Shown here: positions 41,974 to 53,241 of the stretch, in pieces
Position numbering within the stretch: position 1 is the first letter of the stretch
Layout of the letters: each line of letters begins with the position of its first letter
Assembly (NCBI GenBank): GCA_964291215.2
Contig: OZ219791.1
Coordinates: 1,152,001 to 1,216,000, forward strand
Reading direction: 5' to 3'
From: Alphaproteobacteria bacterium
GTDB lineage: Bacteria; Pseudomonadota; Alphaproteobacteria; MPNO01; UBA830
DNA length: 64,000 nt
Position numbers and translations under genes: made by a program
Notes under the pieces: model-generated
Databases searched by the model: none
Told to the model about the DNA's origin: nothing
The model's input: only the letters and a program-made list of their open reading frames with translations

Positions 41974-42486
41974 TCAGACGCCTTCCTGCCCGTCGGCCGC
42001 CCTTGAGTACATGTCGTCGATCCCGATGAGGTAGCGCGCGAATTCAAGGGCGACGAAGGCAAAGCAGATCGGCATCGGGCAGTAGAGCGCCCACAGGGGC
42101 ATGTCGATGCTGCGGACATCCACCATGTCGTTTTCCCACGCGGCCTGGAGGAGGCCGGCGGCGTGAACGCCGTAGATCGCTGCGGCACCGATGCAGACCG
42201 CATACACGATCTTCGCCACAGCTGTCCTGACCGCTGCCGGGAAGAACCGGGTAACGGCGTCGATGAAGACGTGCCCCTTGATGCGCACCAGCCAGGGCGC
42301 GGCGAGCATCGCGAACCAGAGCAGGATGTACTCGACCACGGCGATCGTGAACGGGGGTGGCGTCAGCCCGACGATGCGCATCGTCACGTCGACGACGATC
42401 ATCACGAAACTGAGAAAGATCAGAATGCCCGCGAGGACCGCCATTCCGTTCACGAAGAAATTGTAGATCCTGGAGAACGTTTCCAC
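41974..42486 (-). CDS. dctQ: TRAP transporter small permease
   Basis: 4 TM segments, DVTMR, GHVFID; GTG start. Confidence 0.88.
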   Translation of the reverse strand: METFSRIYNFFVNGMAVLAGILIFLSFVMIVVDVTMRIVGLTPPPFTIAVVEYILLWFAMLAAPWLVRIKGHVFIDAVTRFFPAAVRTAVAKIVYAVCIGAAAIYGVHAAGLLQAAWENDMVDVRSIDMPLWALYCPMPICFAFVALEFARYLIGIDDMYSRAADGQEGV

Positions 42487-42815
42487 CGCCTGTTCCTGCG
42501 AGATGCGGCGTCGGCGTACGGTACAGCCGGATCCGCCGCCGCGACGACCCGGATTGCACCCATGAGACCCCGTCCATCGCCGGCAAACGGTTCTGTCGGC
42601 GAAAACCGTCCCTACTACGGCAGAACCGCGGCCCTTAGGCAAGTGCCACCATCCCCGCTCCGGACTGTTGGCCCGCGGGTTCGTTGCCGGCATGGACAGC
42701 GGCCGCCATTTCGGGTAGTTTGGAGCCAGAGTTGGAAGGAGGCATTTGGGTAGGAGCCGGGTGTGTCCGTCGGCGGTATGCTCCGCAGCGGGAAAGCCGG
42801 CACCGGAGGCGGGAG

Positions 42816-44066
42816 ATGCGCGTGATTCGGTTCCTGTTCCTGTCCAGCCTGATAATCCTTCCCCTTGCCGGTTTGCCCGGCTCCGCCGAGGCAAAATACG
42901 CCTCCATCGTCATCGAGGCCGACACCGGCCGCGTCCTCCACGCCGTCAATGCCGACACCAGGAACTATCCAGCTTCGCTCACGAAGATGATGACGCTGTT
43001 CATGACCTTCGAGGCGTTGCGCGCGAAGAAGATCAGCCTGTCGCAGAAACTGCGGGTTTCCCGCCGGGCGCAGAGCCGTCCGCCGTCGAAGCTCGGCCTC
43101 AGGGCCGGCGAGCGGATAAGCGTGCGCGATGCGATCTCCGCGCTGGTTGTGAAGTCGGCGAACGACGTTGCCACGGTCGTGGCCGAAGCCCTGGGCGGCA
43201 CCGAACGCAAGTTCGCGAGACAGATGACGCGCCGCGCACGCCAGCTCGGCATGCGGAATACCACCTTTACCAACGCGTCGGGACTGCCGAGCCGCGCGCA
43301 GCTCAGCACGGCGCGGGACATGGCGACCCTGAGCCGGAAGATGCTGGAGACCTTCCCCCGGATGTACGGGCAATTTTCGCGCAAGACATGGATCTGGCGG
43401 GGCCGGACCTACCGGAATCACAATCGCCTGTTGCAAAACTACCGGGGCATGGACGGCATCAAGACGGGATATACGAGAGCGTCCGGATTCAATCTTGCCG
43501 CCTCGGCCGAGAGGGGTGGCAGGCGGCTGATCGCGGTCGTCTTCGGGGGGCGGACGTCGAAGTCACGGAACCGCATCGTGGCGCGGCTCCTGAACCGGGG
43601 GTTCAGCCCTGCGGAGATCCGGAAGGCGGCGAAGATCGAGGCCGCGCGGAGCGCCAGTGTTGCCGCCTCGGCGCGGAGAGCCGCGTTGACCCCGAAACCT
43701 CTCGCGGCCGGAAGCGCCGGCCCGGCCGGGGTACAGATCGCCACCGCGACTGCCGGGCCTGGTTCGGCCATCGCTCCGGTGCGCAATCGCAGGGCCGGCG
43801 CGGTGCGCGGCTGGACCGTCCAGGTCGGCGCGTTTGCGCGGCTCGCGGATGCCCGGAAGATGATCGGCCGGGCGGTGCAGAAGGTACCGAGCCTCGCCGG
43901 GCAGCCGTACAAGATCGTCAACCAGAAGCGCAAGACTCGCCGCGGCGGCAGGATCTACAAGGCGCGGCTGGTAATGGCGTCCAGGTCGAGCGCCCGCAAT
44001 TCGTGCCGTCTGCTCAAGCGCCGCAAGATCGACTGCCTGGTGGTGTGGATGAGCTCCAGGTCCTGA
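42816..44066 (+). CDS. D-Ala-D-Ala carboxypeptidase (S11) with C-terminal SPOR domain
   Basis: PASLTKMMT, KSAND, IKTG; VQVGAF SPOR motif. Confidence 0.92.
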   Translation: MRVIRFLFLSSLIILPLAGLPGSAEAKYASIVIEADTGRVLHAVNADTRNYPASLTKMMTLFMTFEALRAKKISLSQKLRVSRRAQSRPPSKLGLRAGERISVRDAISALVVKSANDVATVVAEALGGTERKFARQMTRRARQLGMRNTTFTNASGLPSRAQLSTARDMATLSRKMLETFPRMYGQFSRKTWIWRGRTYRNHNRLLQNYRGMDGIKTGYTRASGFNLAASAERGGRRLIAVVFGGRTSKSRNRIVARLLNRGFSPAEIRKAAKIEAARSASVAASARRAALTPKPLAAGSAGPAGVQIATATAGPGSAIAPVRNRRAGAVRGWTVQVGAFARLADARKMIGRAVQKVPSLAGQPYKIVNQKRKTRRGGRIYKARLVMASRSSARNSCRLLKRRKIDCLVVWMSSRS

Positions 44067-44100
44067 CGCGCGGCGGCTCGGATGGACGCCGACGCGCTGT

Positions 44101-45489
44101 TCAGAACTCCGGAGGCTCGACGCCGGCGCCCCGGAGCTGTTCGGAAAGCGACCGCTTGAGGCGTTCGAGCCCGTCCTCGCTGTCCGATTCGCACCGCGCC
44201 ACGAGCACGGCCTGGGTATTGGAGGCGCGGAGCAGCCACCAGCCGTCGCCGGTCGAGACGCGCACACCGTCGATATTGCAGACTTCGGCGCCCGATTCAG
44301 CGAGCCGGTTCCTGATCTCCTCGACAACGCCGAACTTCCGCTCCTCGGCGCAGGGGAAGCGCAGTTCGGGCGTGTTCAGGAGTTCCGGCATGGCGCTTCG
44401 AAGCTCGGCCAGGCCGCGATCCTGGCGCGACAGCCATCCGAGCAGACGCACCGCGGCATAAAGCGCGTCGTCATAGCCGTAATAGCGGTCGGCGAAGAAG
44501 ATGTGCCCGCTCATCTCGCCGGCGAGCAGCGCGCCGGTTTCGGGAATGGCGGCCTTTATCAGTGAATGCCCGGTCTTCCACATGACGGGCCGGCCGCCCA
44601 TGGCCGCGATACGGTCGAACAGCGTCTGGCTTGCCTTCACGTCGGCGATGACCGTCGCCCCTGGATGGTCTTCGAGCATGTCGGCGGCGAGGAAGGCCAT
44701 CAACTGGTCTCCCCACAGGATGCCGCCGGCATCGTCAACGACGCCGATGCGGTCGCCGTCGCCGTCGAACCCGATTCCGAGATCGGCGTTCTCGCCGAGC
44801 ACCGTGCGCCGCAGCTGTTCGAGATTTTCCGCTACCGTGGGATCCGGGTGATGCGCCGGAAAGGTGCCGTCAATAGTCTCGTTGAGCAGCACGTGCTCGC
44901 CTGGAAGCCGTGCCGCGAGCTTCTGCATAGCCGTGCCAGCGGAGCCGTTACCGGCGTCCCACACCACCCTGAGCGGCCGTTCGCCGCCATGGTCCGCCGC
45001 GAGGCGCTCCACATAGCGGTCGAGCATCGGCTCGTCGCCGGCGATGCCGCGTCCCGAGACCCAGTCGCCGGCCCCGGCGATCGTTCCGAGATCGAGGATG
45101 TCGGCGCCATAGAACGGCCGTGCCGCGAGCACCATCTTGAAGCCGTTATATTCGGGCGGGTTGTGCGATCCCGAGACCATCACCCCGCCGGCGCTGCCGG
45201 TGACGTGGTGGGCGAAGTAGAGCATCGGCGTCGGGCCGAGCCCGATACGGACGACATCGAGCCCGCAGTCGGTGAGGCCACGGACGAGTTCGGCCTCGAG
45301 CTCCGGCGAGGTCAGCCTGCCGTCGCGGCCGACGCAGGCCGTGGCGCCGCCCTCGCGGACAATCACCGTGCCGAAGCTTCGCCCCACCGCATAGGCGTCG
45401 GCGGCATCCAGGGTTTTGCCGACCACGCCCCGGATGTCGTATTCCCGGAGAATGGTCGAGTCGAACCGGTGCGGGCCGGGCCCGCTCAC
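44101..45489 (-). CDS. pgmG: Phosphomannomutase/phosphoglucomutase
   Basis: REYDIRG, SGSHNP, FDGDGDR, GEMSGH, RASNT. Confidence 0.92.
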   Translation of the reverse strand: MSGPGPHRFDSTILREYDIRGVVGKTLDAADAYAVGRSFGTVIVREGGATACVGRDGRLTSPELEAELVRGLTDCGLDVVRIGLGPTPMLYFAHHVTGSAGGVMVSGSHNPPEYNGFKMVLAARPFYGADILDLGTIAGAGDWVSGRGIAGDEPMLDRYVERLAADHGGERPLRVVWDAGNGSAGTAMQKLAARLPGEHVLLNETIDGTFPAHHPDPTVAENLEQLRRTVLGENADLGIGFDGDGDRIGVVDDAGGILWGDQLMAFLAADMLEDHPGATVIADVKASQTLFDRIAAMGGRPVMWKTGHSLIKAAIPETGALLAGEMSGHIFFADRYYGYDDALYAAVRLLGWLSRQDRGLAELRSAMPELLNTPELRFPCAEERKFGVVEEIRNRLAESGAEVCNIDGVRVSTGDGWWLLRASNTQAVLVARCESDSEDGLERLKRSLSEQLRGAGVEPPEF

Positions 45490-46814
45490 AGGCCGCCTCC
45501 GGCAAGCACCGGCGCCCGTCCGATGCTGTGATAGTCGAACGCCGCCGCCCGCATCTCGTCGGGGTCGTAGATGTTGCGGAGATCGATGACGAGGGGACGC
45601 GCCATCAGCGCCTTCGCGCGGGCGAGGTCGAGGAGGCGGAATTCGTTCCATTCGGTGACGATCACAAGCGCGTCGGCACCGGTCATGGCGGCATATGCGT
45701 GGCTGCAGAACTCGACATGCGCCAGCCGCTTTCCGGCCTCGGCCATGCCTTCCGGATCGTAGGCGCGGACCGCGGCGCCGCTGTTGCCGAGGGCGGCCGC
45801 GATCGCGATGCCGGGGCTTTCGCGGATGTCGTCGGTGTTGGGCTTGAAGGTCAGGCCCAGCACGGCGATCGTCCGGCCGGCCACCGAACCGCCGCAGATC
45901 CCGACGATCCGTTGCGCCATGCCGCTCCGGCGCCGGTCGTTGACGTCGACGACCGTCTCGATGATGCGGACCGGCGCGCCGCTGTCGCGGGCCGTCTTCG
46001 CCAGCGCCAGCGCGTCCTTCGGAAAACAGGATCCGCCAAAACCCGGGCCGGCATGCAGGAACTTTTCCCCGATCCTGCGGTCGATGCCGATGCCGCGCGC
46101 CACCATCTGCACGTCGGCGCCGAGCTTCTCGCACAGATCCGCGATCTCGTTGATGAAGGTGATCTTGGTCGCGAGAAAGCCGTTCGCGGCGTACTTGATC
46201 AGTTCTGCAGTTTCCAGCGTGGTGAACAGGATTGGCGTCTCGAGGAGATAGAGGGGCCGGTAGAGCCGGTGCAGAAGTTCGCGCGCCCGGTCGGCGTCGG
46301 CGCCGATGATGATGCGGTCGGGACGCATGAAATCCTCGATCGCCGAGCCCTCGCGGAGGAATTCGGGGTTGGAGGCGATATCGAACACGGCATCGGGACG
46401 CGCCGCGCCGATGATCTCCGCGATCCTGCGGCTCGCCCCCACCGGGACGGTGGACTTGGTGACCACCACCGTATAGCCGTCGAGGAACCGTGCGACTTCT
46501 TCGGCTGCGGCATGGACGTAGGAGAGGTCGGCGTGGCCGTCGCCGCGCCTGCTCGGCGTGCCGACGGCGATGAACACCGCGTCGGCGGCCGCGACGGCGG
46601 CCTCCGCATCGGCGGTGAACGACAGGCGCCGGGCGCCGATGTTGCCGGCGACGAGATCCGCCAGGCCGGGCTCGTAGAGCGGGACCGTGCCGGTCTCGAG
46701 TTCGGCGATCCTGTTGCGATCGCTGTCGACGCAGACGACATCGATCCCGAATTCGGACATGCAGGCGGCTGAGACCAGGCCCACATACCCGGCCCCGATC
46801 ACGGCGACGCGCAT
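45486..46814 (-). CDS. ugd: UDP-glucose 6-dehydrogenase
   Basis: [31 protein letters not shown]. Confidence 0.95.
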   Translation of the reverse strand: MRVAVIGAGYVGLVSAACMSEFGIDVVCVDSDRNRIAELETGTVPLYEPGLADLVAGNIGARRLSFTADAEAAVAAADAVFIAVGTPSRRGDGHADLSYVHAAAEEVARFLDGYTVVVTKSTVPVGASRRIAEIIGAARPDAVFDIASNPEFLREGSAIEDFMRPDRIIIGADADRARELLHRLYRPLYLLETPILFTTLETAELIKYAANGFLATKITFINEIADLCEKLGADVQMVARGIGIDRRIGEKFLHAGPGFGGSCFPKDALALAKTARDSGAPVRIIETVVDVNDRRRSGMAQRIVGICGGSVAGRTIAVLGLTFKPNTDDIRESPGIAIAAALGNSGAAVRAYDPEGMAEAGKRLAHVEFCSHAYAAMTGADALVIVTEWNEFRLLDLARAKALMARPLVIDLRNIYDPDEMRAAAFDYHSIGRAPVLAGGGL

Positions 46815-47713
46815 CAGGCGCTCCCGGAAGCGGGCGGCGCGCCGGAGGCGTAGGTGCGGACGAGATACGTGGCTGCATCGCGCATGTCGTTGCGGGCAAG
46901 CGCGAACGCGATATTGGCTTCGAGGAACCCGGCCTTGCTGCCGCAGTCGAACCGGCGTCCGGAAAAGCGTAGCCCGTGAAACGGCGATTGTCCGATCATC
47001 TTTGCCATCGAATCCGTGAGCTGGATTTCACCGCCGGCACCGCGGTCCATGGCGGCGAGATGCCCGAATATCTCCGGCATCAGCACGTAGCGGCCGATGA
47101 CGCTGAGCGTCGACGGCGCGTCGGCCGGATCGGGTTTCTCGACGAGCCCCCGGACCTCGACGAGCCGCCCGTCGTCCTCGCCGGCATCGAGGATGCCGTA
47201 GCGCGAGGTCTGTTCCCGCGGCACGTCCTCGACCGCGACGATGCTGCCGCCGGTGTCCGCGGCGGCCTCGATCATCTGTTTCAGGCAGGGCACATCGGCG
47301 AGGATGAGGTCGTCGGCGAGAATGACGGCGAAGGGCTCGTTGCCGACGAGTTCGCGGGCGCACCAGACTGCGTGGCCGAGGCCGAGCGCGTCCGGCTGGC
47401 GCGTGTAGGCGATGCGGCCGGCCTCGGGCACGATCCGGCTCACGGCTTCGAGTTCGCGTTCCTTGCCGCGGCTTTCGAGTACGCGGTCGAGTTCCGGGCT
47501 GCGGTCGAAGTGGTCCTCGATTGCCGCCTTGTTACGGCCGGTGACGAGAACGATGTTCTCGATCCCCGCGGTCAGCGCCTCGTCGACGGCGTACTGGATC
47601 AGCGGCCGATCGACCACCGGCAGCATTTCCTTGGGGATCGCCTTGGTTGCGGGCAGGAAACGGGTGCCGAGCCCCGCCACGGGAAGGACTGCTGTTCGTA
47701 TCCTGCCGGCCAT
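46814..47713 (-). CDS. galU: UTP-glucose-1-phosphate uridylyltransferase
   Basis: [37 protein letters not shown]. Confidence 0.96.
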   Translation of the reverse strand: MAGRIRTAVLPVAGLGTRFLPATKAIPKEMLPVVDRPLIQYAVDEALTAGIENIVLVTGRNKAAIEDHFDRSPELDRVLESRGKERELEAVSRIVPEAGRIAYTRQPDALGLGHAVWCARELVGNEPFAVILADDLILADVPCLKQMIEAAADTGGSIVAVEDVPREQTSRYGILDAGEDDGRLVEVRGLVEKPDPADAPSTLSVIGRYVLMPEIFGHLAAMDRGAGGEIQLTDSMAKMIGQSPFHGLRFSGRRFDCGSKAGFLEANIAFALARNDMRDAATYLVRTYASGAPPASGSA

Positions 47714-47879
47714 GATTCGCGCTCCGTGTCCGGCCGCAGATCCCAGTGCATGAAATTCATGGGAAACATGCCACGACGCAACCGGTCCGCCACCCGGAAT
47801 ATGTGCCATCCGCCGGTGCTGGACGCAAGCACGCCCGCGGTGGAGGTTTGCGGCCGGAGGTCAGAAGGACATCGATCTC

Positions 47880-49590
47880 TCCCGGGCCAGGCGATGATCC
47901 CCGGGCTGCCGGCGCGCCGCCCGCGGCGAGGATCGCGCGGCCGCGGGCGATCAGCTGCTCGGCGTCGGCCACGCTGTTCTGCCATGACGGGATCTTGCGG
48001 GCGCATCCGGCGTGGCGCTCCGCGGCATCGAGCACGAAGGCGCGGAACCACCGCTGGCGCGTGACCTCGGCCAGCTACGCCTCGACCGAAGCGGTGTTCG
48101 CACCGGCGGTCTCGTCCGGTGGCTGGCGCACCGCTTCGATCCTCCGCTGGTCGCGCTGCTGCCGGTAGAGCGCGGCGAACTCCCGCATGTCGTTTGGCGC
48201 CAGGCCCCGCGTGCAGTGAACATCCGCCGGATTGGGGGTTTCCACTCCCGCGGCAGGGTCTCGAGGAAGTCGATGAGCGCTCCGTGCCGGCGCAGGGTCC
48301 CGGCGACCGACGGCGCGAGCAGCGCCGTCGCCGGCGATGCGCATGCCGCCCATTCTTCGAGCACTGCGGCCCTGCCGGCGGCGGACGCGGCGACCGTGAC
48401 GCAGGTCGAGATTTGCCTGGGCGAGCCGCCGCAGCGCTTTGCCGCCGCCGTCATTGGCCGCAAGTCAGCTTTCAGATTCGGTGTAGTGATCGGAATGGAA
48501 CCTCCGGTCCCCGGAGAGATAGCCGCGTCTGTTGGCAAGCGACCAGGATCGGCGCAGGCGGTCGAGAAGCGCGTCGTCGCCGGCCAGCGCCCCGAATGCC
48601 GCCGCCAGCGGTTTGCGGTCGACATGGATTTCGGGCTGACAGCAGGCCGCAACGCGCTCCAGATGTTTCCGCCGCCAGCCGTCGTCGGCGAGCATGATGA
48701 CGCGGTCGAACCTGCCGACGAGCTCGTCGACCGTGCCGGTGTATCCGTGCGCGAGTTCGGACGCCGCCATGGCTGTCGCGGATGTCGTCGTGGAAGAACT
48801 CGACCTGCCGATCCTCACGCTTCGCCGCGCGGATGAGGAAACGCGGCTCCTCTTCCGCGACTGACGCGGCGGCGACGATGTCCTTGACGGTGATTGCCGA
48901 GCTGCGAAACAGGCGCGCTTCCCACAGGGTGGTGCCGAGCCGGTCCGAATTTCCATCGGCACGGATATCCCGTACGCCATCTGTCCTTTGTGCCGTGTAC
49001 ATTGTGCTGGTGAATCTCGATGCAGGCGCGCACGCCTTCGGCGGCGGAGCCGGAAAGGCGGGCGCGAAGGAGGTGGGTCAGCGTCCTCTCTTCCTTGCGG
49101 GTGCAGGCGACGACTGCGACCGAATCGCCGGGAAAGCCGATCCTGATTCGGTCCCAGTCCCCGGCCATCCGCTCCAGCGTCTCCCCGAGCCCGTTGCCGA
49201 GCGATATGCGGTCCGTGGCGGCCGGCTGAGGAACACCGTTGCCACCGGGGCGCAGGCAGCCGATGACGCTGCGAAGCCGCGCGAGGTTGAAGATCACGCA
49301 ATGGGTGAGGAGAAGGAGGTCGCGGCTCGTGCCGGAACGTGGCCCCCATGACGTCGGCGGGAACAATCTCGGTCCGGGCGTCGACACGGATCTTCGCGTC
49401 CGACATCGCGTGCTTCGCGACGCTCTCGATGAGCGCGAGGCGGACGGCGTCGTCATGCGCCTCCTCGATCAATCGGCCCGTGGCCGCATCGGCGATCGCC
49501 CACAGCGCGGAAACCGGCTTGTCGGTCGGGAGGTCGATGCCGCTGCGCCGGCGCCCGCTGGCGTTTCGCACCAGCGCCGTGCGCGTTTGT
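47880..49590 (-). pseudogene. MobF/TrwC relaxase-helicase remnant
   Basis: SGIDL..DKPVSALWAIAD..EEAHDDAV, ATFRH/GTSRD..THCVIFN, later ELAHGYTGTV helicase-like motif; many frameshifts and large deletions. Confidence 0.7.
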
Positions 49591-49762
49591 ACACTTTCTG
49601 ACGGGGGTTCCGTCGGTTCCGCTCGAATGGTCTGGGGTGTGTGCCCCTCAACCAACTTGCAAAAAGTCGGCTGAGGGGCTTGTCTCCACGATGACAAAAC
49701 CACAGGAGATGAGTCAATGTCGCACGATTCCTTCCCGGGGTCCACGCTTTCCTGCGCCCATG

Positions 49763-49950
49763 CACGATGATCCCATGCCAATTCGGAGACGCGAAATCCG
49801 AATGCGTTGGGGCTCATCACAGATCGCTCCCTTGATTGCAATTTTCATGCCGAGAAGGCCTCATCGAGCCTTGGCGGCACGATTGCAGCGCGACGCAAAC
49901 TGAAAAAATCTCGCCAGTCGTCGCCGGATTAGCAGCGTGGGATCGTCGTG
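49763..49950 (-). mobile_element. MITE copy 2 (188 bp)
   Basis: Reverse complement of copies 1 and 3; perfect 9-bp TSD GCGCCCATG. Confidence 0.9.
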
Positions 49951-50585
49951 GCGCCCATGTCCGGGCTTTCCTCGAGAAGGTCGATGCGGACGAGGCCGAG
50001 CGCTGCAGCCTCGCGGGATGCCGGCATTGCGGCGGCCGGCTCCACAGTGCGCGGTATCCGCGCAAGCCGCACGCGCTTGCGCCGGCTCTTTGCGGCGCCA
50101 TCCGCCGCTTCAGCTTCTGCTGCGCCGACTGCAGGCGGCGGACGACGCCCCCTCGGTGCGCTTCTTTGGCCGGAGGTTCCGGGTGGCGCCGGTGTTCCTG
50201 GCGGTGATCCTTGCGGTTCTGCGCGGCAGCGTTTTTCTTGAGACGGCCAGCCGCATCTGGCGCATCCCGAAGATGATGCTTCTGTGGTGGCGCCGGTGGT
50301 GGCAGGAGAGCTTCCCGGCAAAGGCGGCGTGGTGCTGGAAGCGGGCCGTGGAGCGTCTGCTGGCTGTCGAGATAGTATGCGGCCGGGGTCGGCCTGCCGA
50401 TAAGCGTTCCGCCAAGTCGTGGAGATTCGGATTGGGAGAGGCTGGAAACGTCCGAGGCAGCGTAACTGCTCACCCCCTGGTTCCGGCTTGATGTCGGGGT
50501 AGAGTAACGAACGGGTTTTCGTGGAGATTTGACACTGCAGGCCGATTCGCTTAGTGGTGGTCATCGAGAACGACGAGGACCGCCA

Positions 50586-50780
50586 GTGGGCTACTTTGGA
50601 TCGAAGGCGACGAGCGGGCTGTGCCAGCTGCTTCCGGGGCTCCAGCCTCTGCATGATCTGTATGTGGAAACGCATCTCGGAGGCGGCGCGCTGATGAAGC
50701 GCAAGGCGGAGTACCGGAAGATGCCGCCGGGTGAGCGCCAGGCGATGCTCGCGGCGATCATTACCGTCGAGGCCGGGTGA
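50586..50780 (+). pseudogene. Internally deleted DNA adenine methyltransferase passenger of IS66
   Basis: VGYFGSKATSGLCQ..HDLYVETHLGGGALMKRK (Dam-type N-terminal motifs) joined to EYRKMPPGERQAMLAAIITVEAG. Confidence 0.7.
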
Positions 50781-51727
50781 TGGCGATGGTCAACGCGGCG
50801 CGCGAGGAGTTCGAAGCGGCCAGGACCGCGGCGCTGCCGGCAAGGTGGCGGAAGAGGCCGTGATCCGCGTCTTCGTCATCCTGCTCGACATCCTCATCGT
50901 CGTCCTTCTGGAGAAGACCACGCACGAGCCGGAACTCCGGTCTGCCGCCGTCACAGACGGACAAGAGCGTGCCGGGAGCAACGGCCCTAAGCCAACCGGC
51001 AGATGGGCGACAACCTGCGCAAGACCATCGTCGAGGAAACGGTCGCGGCCTGCGACGCCTGCGGCGCCGACGGCCCCGTCGAGCGCCGCACGACATCGTG
51101 TTCGAGGTCGTGCCGCGCCGAGGAATGCCCGAAGTGCAAGGGCCGGTTCCCCGACAACATCCCGTGCAGTACGGCATTCAGGCCCTCGTCATCAACCTGC
51201 TGGTCGCCCAAATGCTGTCCCTGCGCCGTCGCGCTCGTGCAGGCGATATCAAGCTCTCCGAGGCCTCGGCCATGCTTTCACGATGCGTCATGGGAGGAGG
51301 CTGCCGTGGCGCACCTCCTGCAACGCCCGATGTCGACGATTTCGGATCAACAGTAAGTGGCTTCATGTCGTCGGGACGTGCAAGTTCCCACACCGCAAGC
51401 GCGGGCAAGAGATCGGTCCGTGCTACAAGGGCGTCCTGGGCCTCGTACATGGGCCAGTGTAGCCACCAGCTGTGCGGCAGCCACCTGCTGCGCGAACTGA
51501 CCTTTGTCGTCGAGGCTACCGCGCGACTGATGAAGAGCCTGCTCCCTGCCACAAGGTCAACAAGAGCGCATCCAAAACCCTGAACGACGCCGGGCGCAAG
51601 CGCTACCGCACCATCAGGGCGCCAGGGAACTGCCCGACATCCCGACGAAAGGAAAACGTGGACGCAAACGCGCACAACCTGCACGAACGTCTCGTGAAAC
51701 ACGAAAACCTGCGCTTCATAGACAACC

Positions 51728-53241
51728 ATCGCGGTAGGGAACCGGGTTACCCCCCGCACAGAACCGGACGTGCGCTGTTCGCTCCTCCCCTGACGACAAG
51801 GCGCTGGTTTGGCCACGGGCTCAGTGGGCAGCGGTGAGGGTGTCTATGTCCCCGGTGAAGTCCTTTTGGGAGCGTCGCCGAAGGGCACGCAGCTGTTTGC
51901 ATTGGTGTATGAACTTCTGCAGGCTGCTTCCTAAAACGGCGTAGTAGCAGCCGTTGATAACTCACCACTTGGCCGTTTCGTGCCGGTTATCGTGCCACCG
52001 CCTGCGCAAGGCCTCCTTGATCCGCCGCAGGGTGCCCGTTTGCGACCGACCCTGAACCTGCCTTTCCTCGTCTGTTCGCAGAAGTGCGTCATGCCGAGGA
52101 AGTCGAACGTCTTGTCCACGCTTCCGGCGGTTCGCTCTGGCAAACCGACCGAACTCGATGATTTTCCGGGTGCAGTTCAAGTGGGCCAGTCTCTCCCCAA
52201 GGTCTCAGCGCCGCCCAGATGCTGAAAGCCGCACACGAAGTCGTCCGCATAGCGGACAGTGATCGTGTCGCCTCCAGCCATCCGCTTGCGCCAGTGGTTC
52301 TGGAACCAGTCGTACGTAGTGCAGGTTCGCAAGGCGCCGCCCCTTGCGGTGTTCCCTTGCCAGTCGGTCCCTTCCATGACGCCGGCGTCACTTGATGATC
52401 AGACCCCCCGATCCGTTTCCCGAGCATCGCGACCAGATGGTCGCGGTTGTCGAAGGGGCGTCAACGATCCAGTTGACCTTCCGCCGTTCCACCGTGACGG
52501 CGCATGATGCGCCCCGGCCGGAAGCCGTAACTAAACCCGAGGAACTCCGTCTCGCGGCACCAGAATCACACCGCCCGCTGAAGAATCTTGTCCGAGGCAA
52601 GTTGCCCTCCATCCTCCTTGGGTATGTAAACCCTGGAGGCGCCCGCCCCTGTGCACACGGGCGTGCAGCAGTTCCACACCCTCCGCGTACGCTTGCCACA
52701 CAACGCCCCGCCGCCGCGTCCTTCCTCAAGGAATGGAACGCATCGTGCAGAACGTCGACCGTCACGTGGTGGAGTAAAGACGCTCTTCCGGGTTCCTCTT
52801 CGCTACCTGCCGCCTGTGACCCCCGCTTCTGCGCGCGGCGCGGGCCAACCGCATTGCCCTTCCCTCCAACAACTCCGCAGGCTCCGAAGAACCCTTGTTC
52901 GCCGCCTTCAGCGGTACTATGGCCGAATCTGACTTCTCGTTCATCATCGGTTTATGGATTAGTTCCTTTCCTCTGCGGCCCCTCCACGACAGAGGGGCAA
53001 GACCTCCCAGGTCCCTGCTTCGGCCATGGTTCTCGGACCCCGCGGAGTTCCCCTCACCAACGCGGCTCGCAGGGTGTTGCCCACTCGGACGACCTCGGCA
53101 CTCCGGTTTCAAAGCATCTCGTGGCTCAATAGCCTGGCCTGCCGCTCCCCAACGCTTCGCCTGGCGACGCATGGTTCACGGAGAAATTAGCCTCTCTCGG
53201 GACTTGCACCCGGCCACATTCCACCAGTTTGCCTGGCGCAC
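51728..53241 (-). mobile_element. Degenerate group II intron with RT pseudogene
   Basis: 5' GTGCGCCAGG; 3' GCACGTCCGGTTCTGTGCGGGGGG..CCTACCGCGAT; RT motifs GTPQG, VRYADDF, FDFLGMTH; flanks rejoin to FIDNPDVSFTNN. Confidence 0.9.

Noticed and set aside
51728-53241. RT as a retron or DGR
   Set aside because: GTGCG 5' end, domain V/VI 3' end and precise exon rejoining identify a group II intron; no TR/VR pair was seen.
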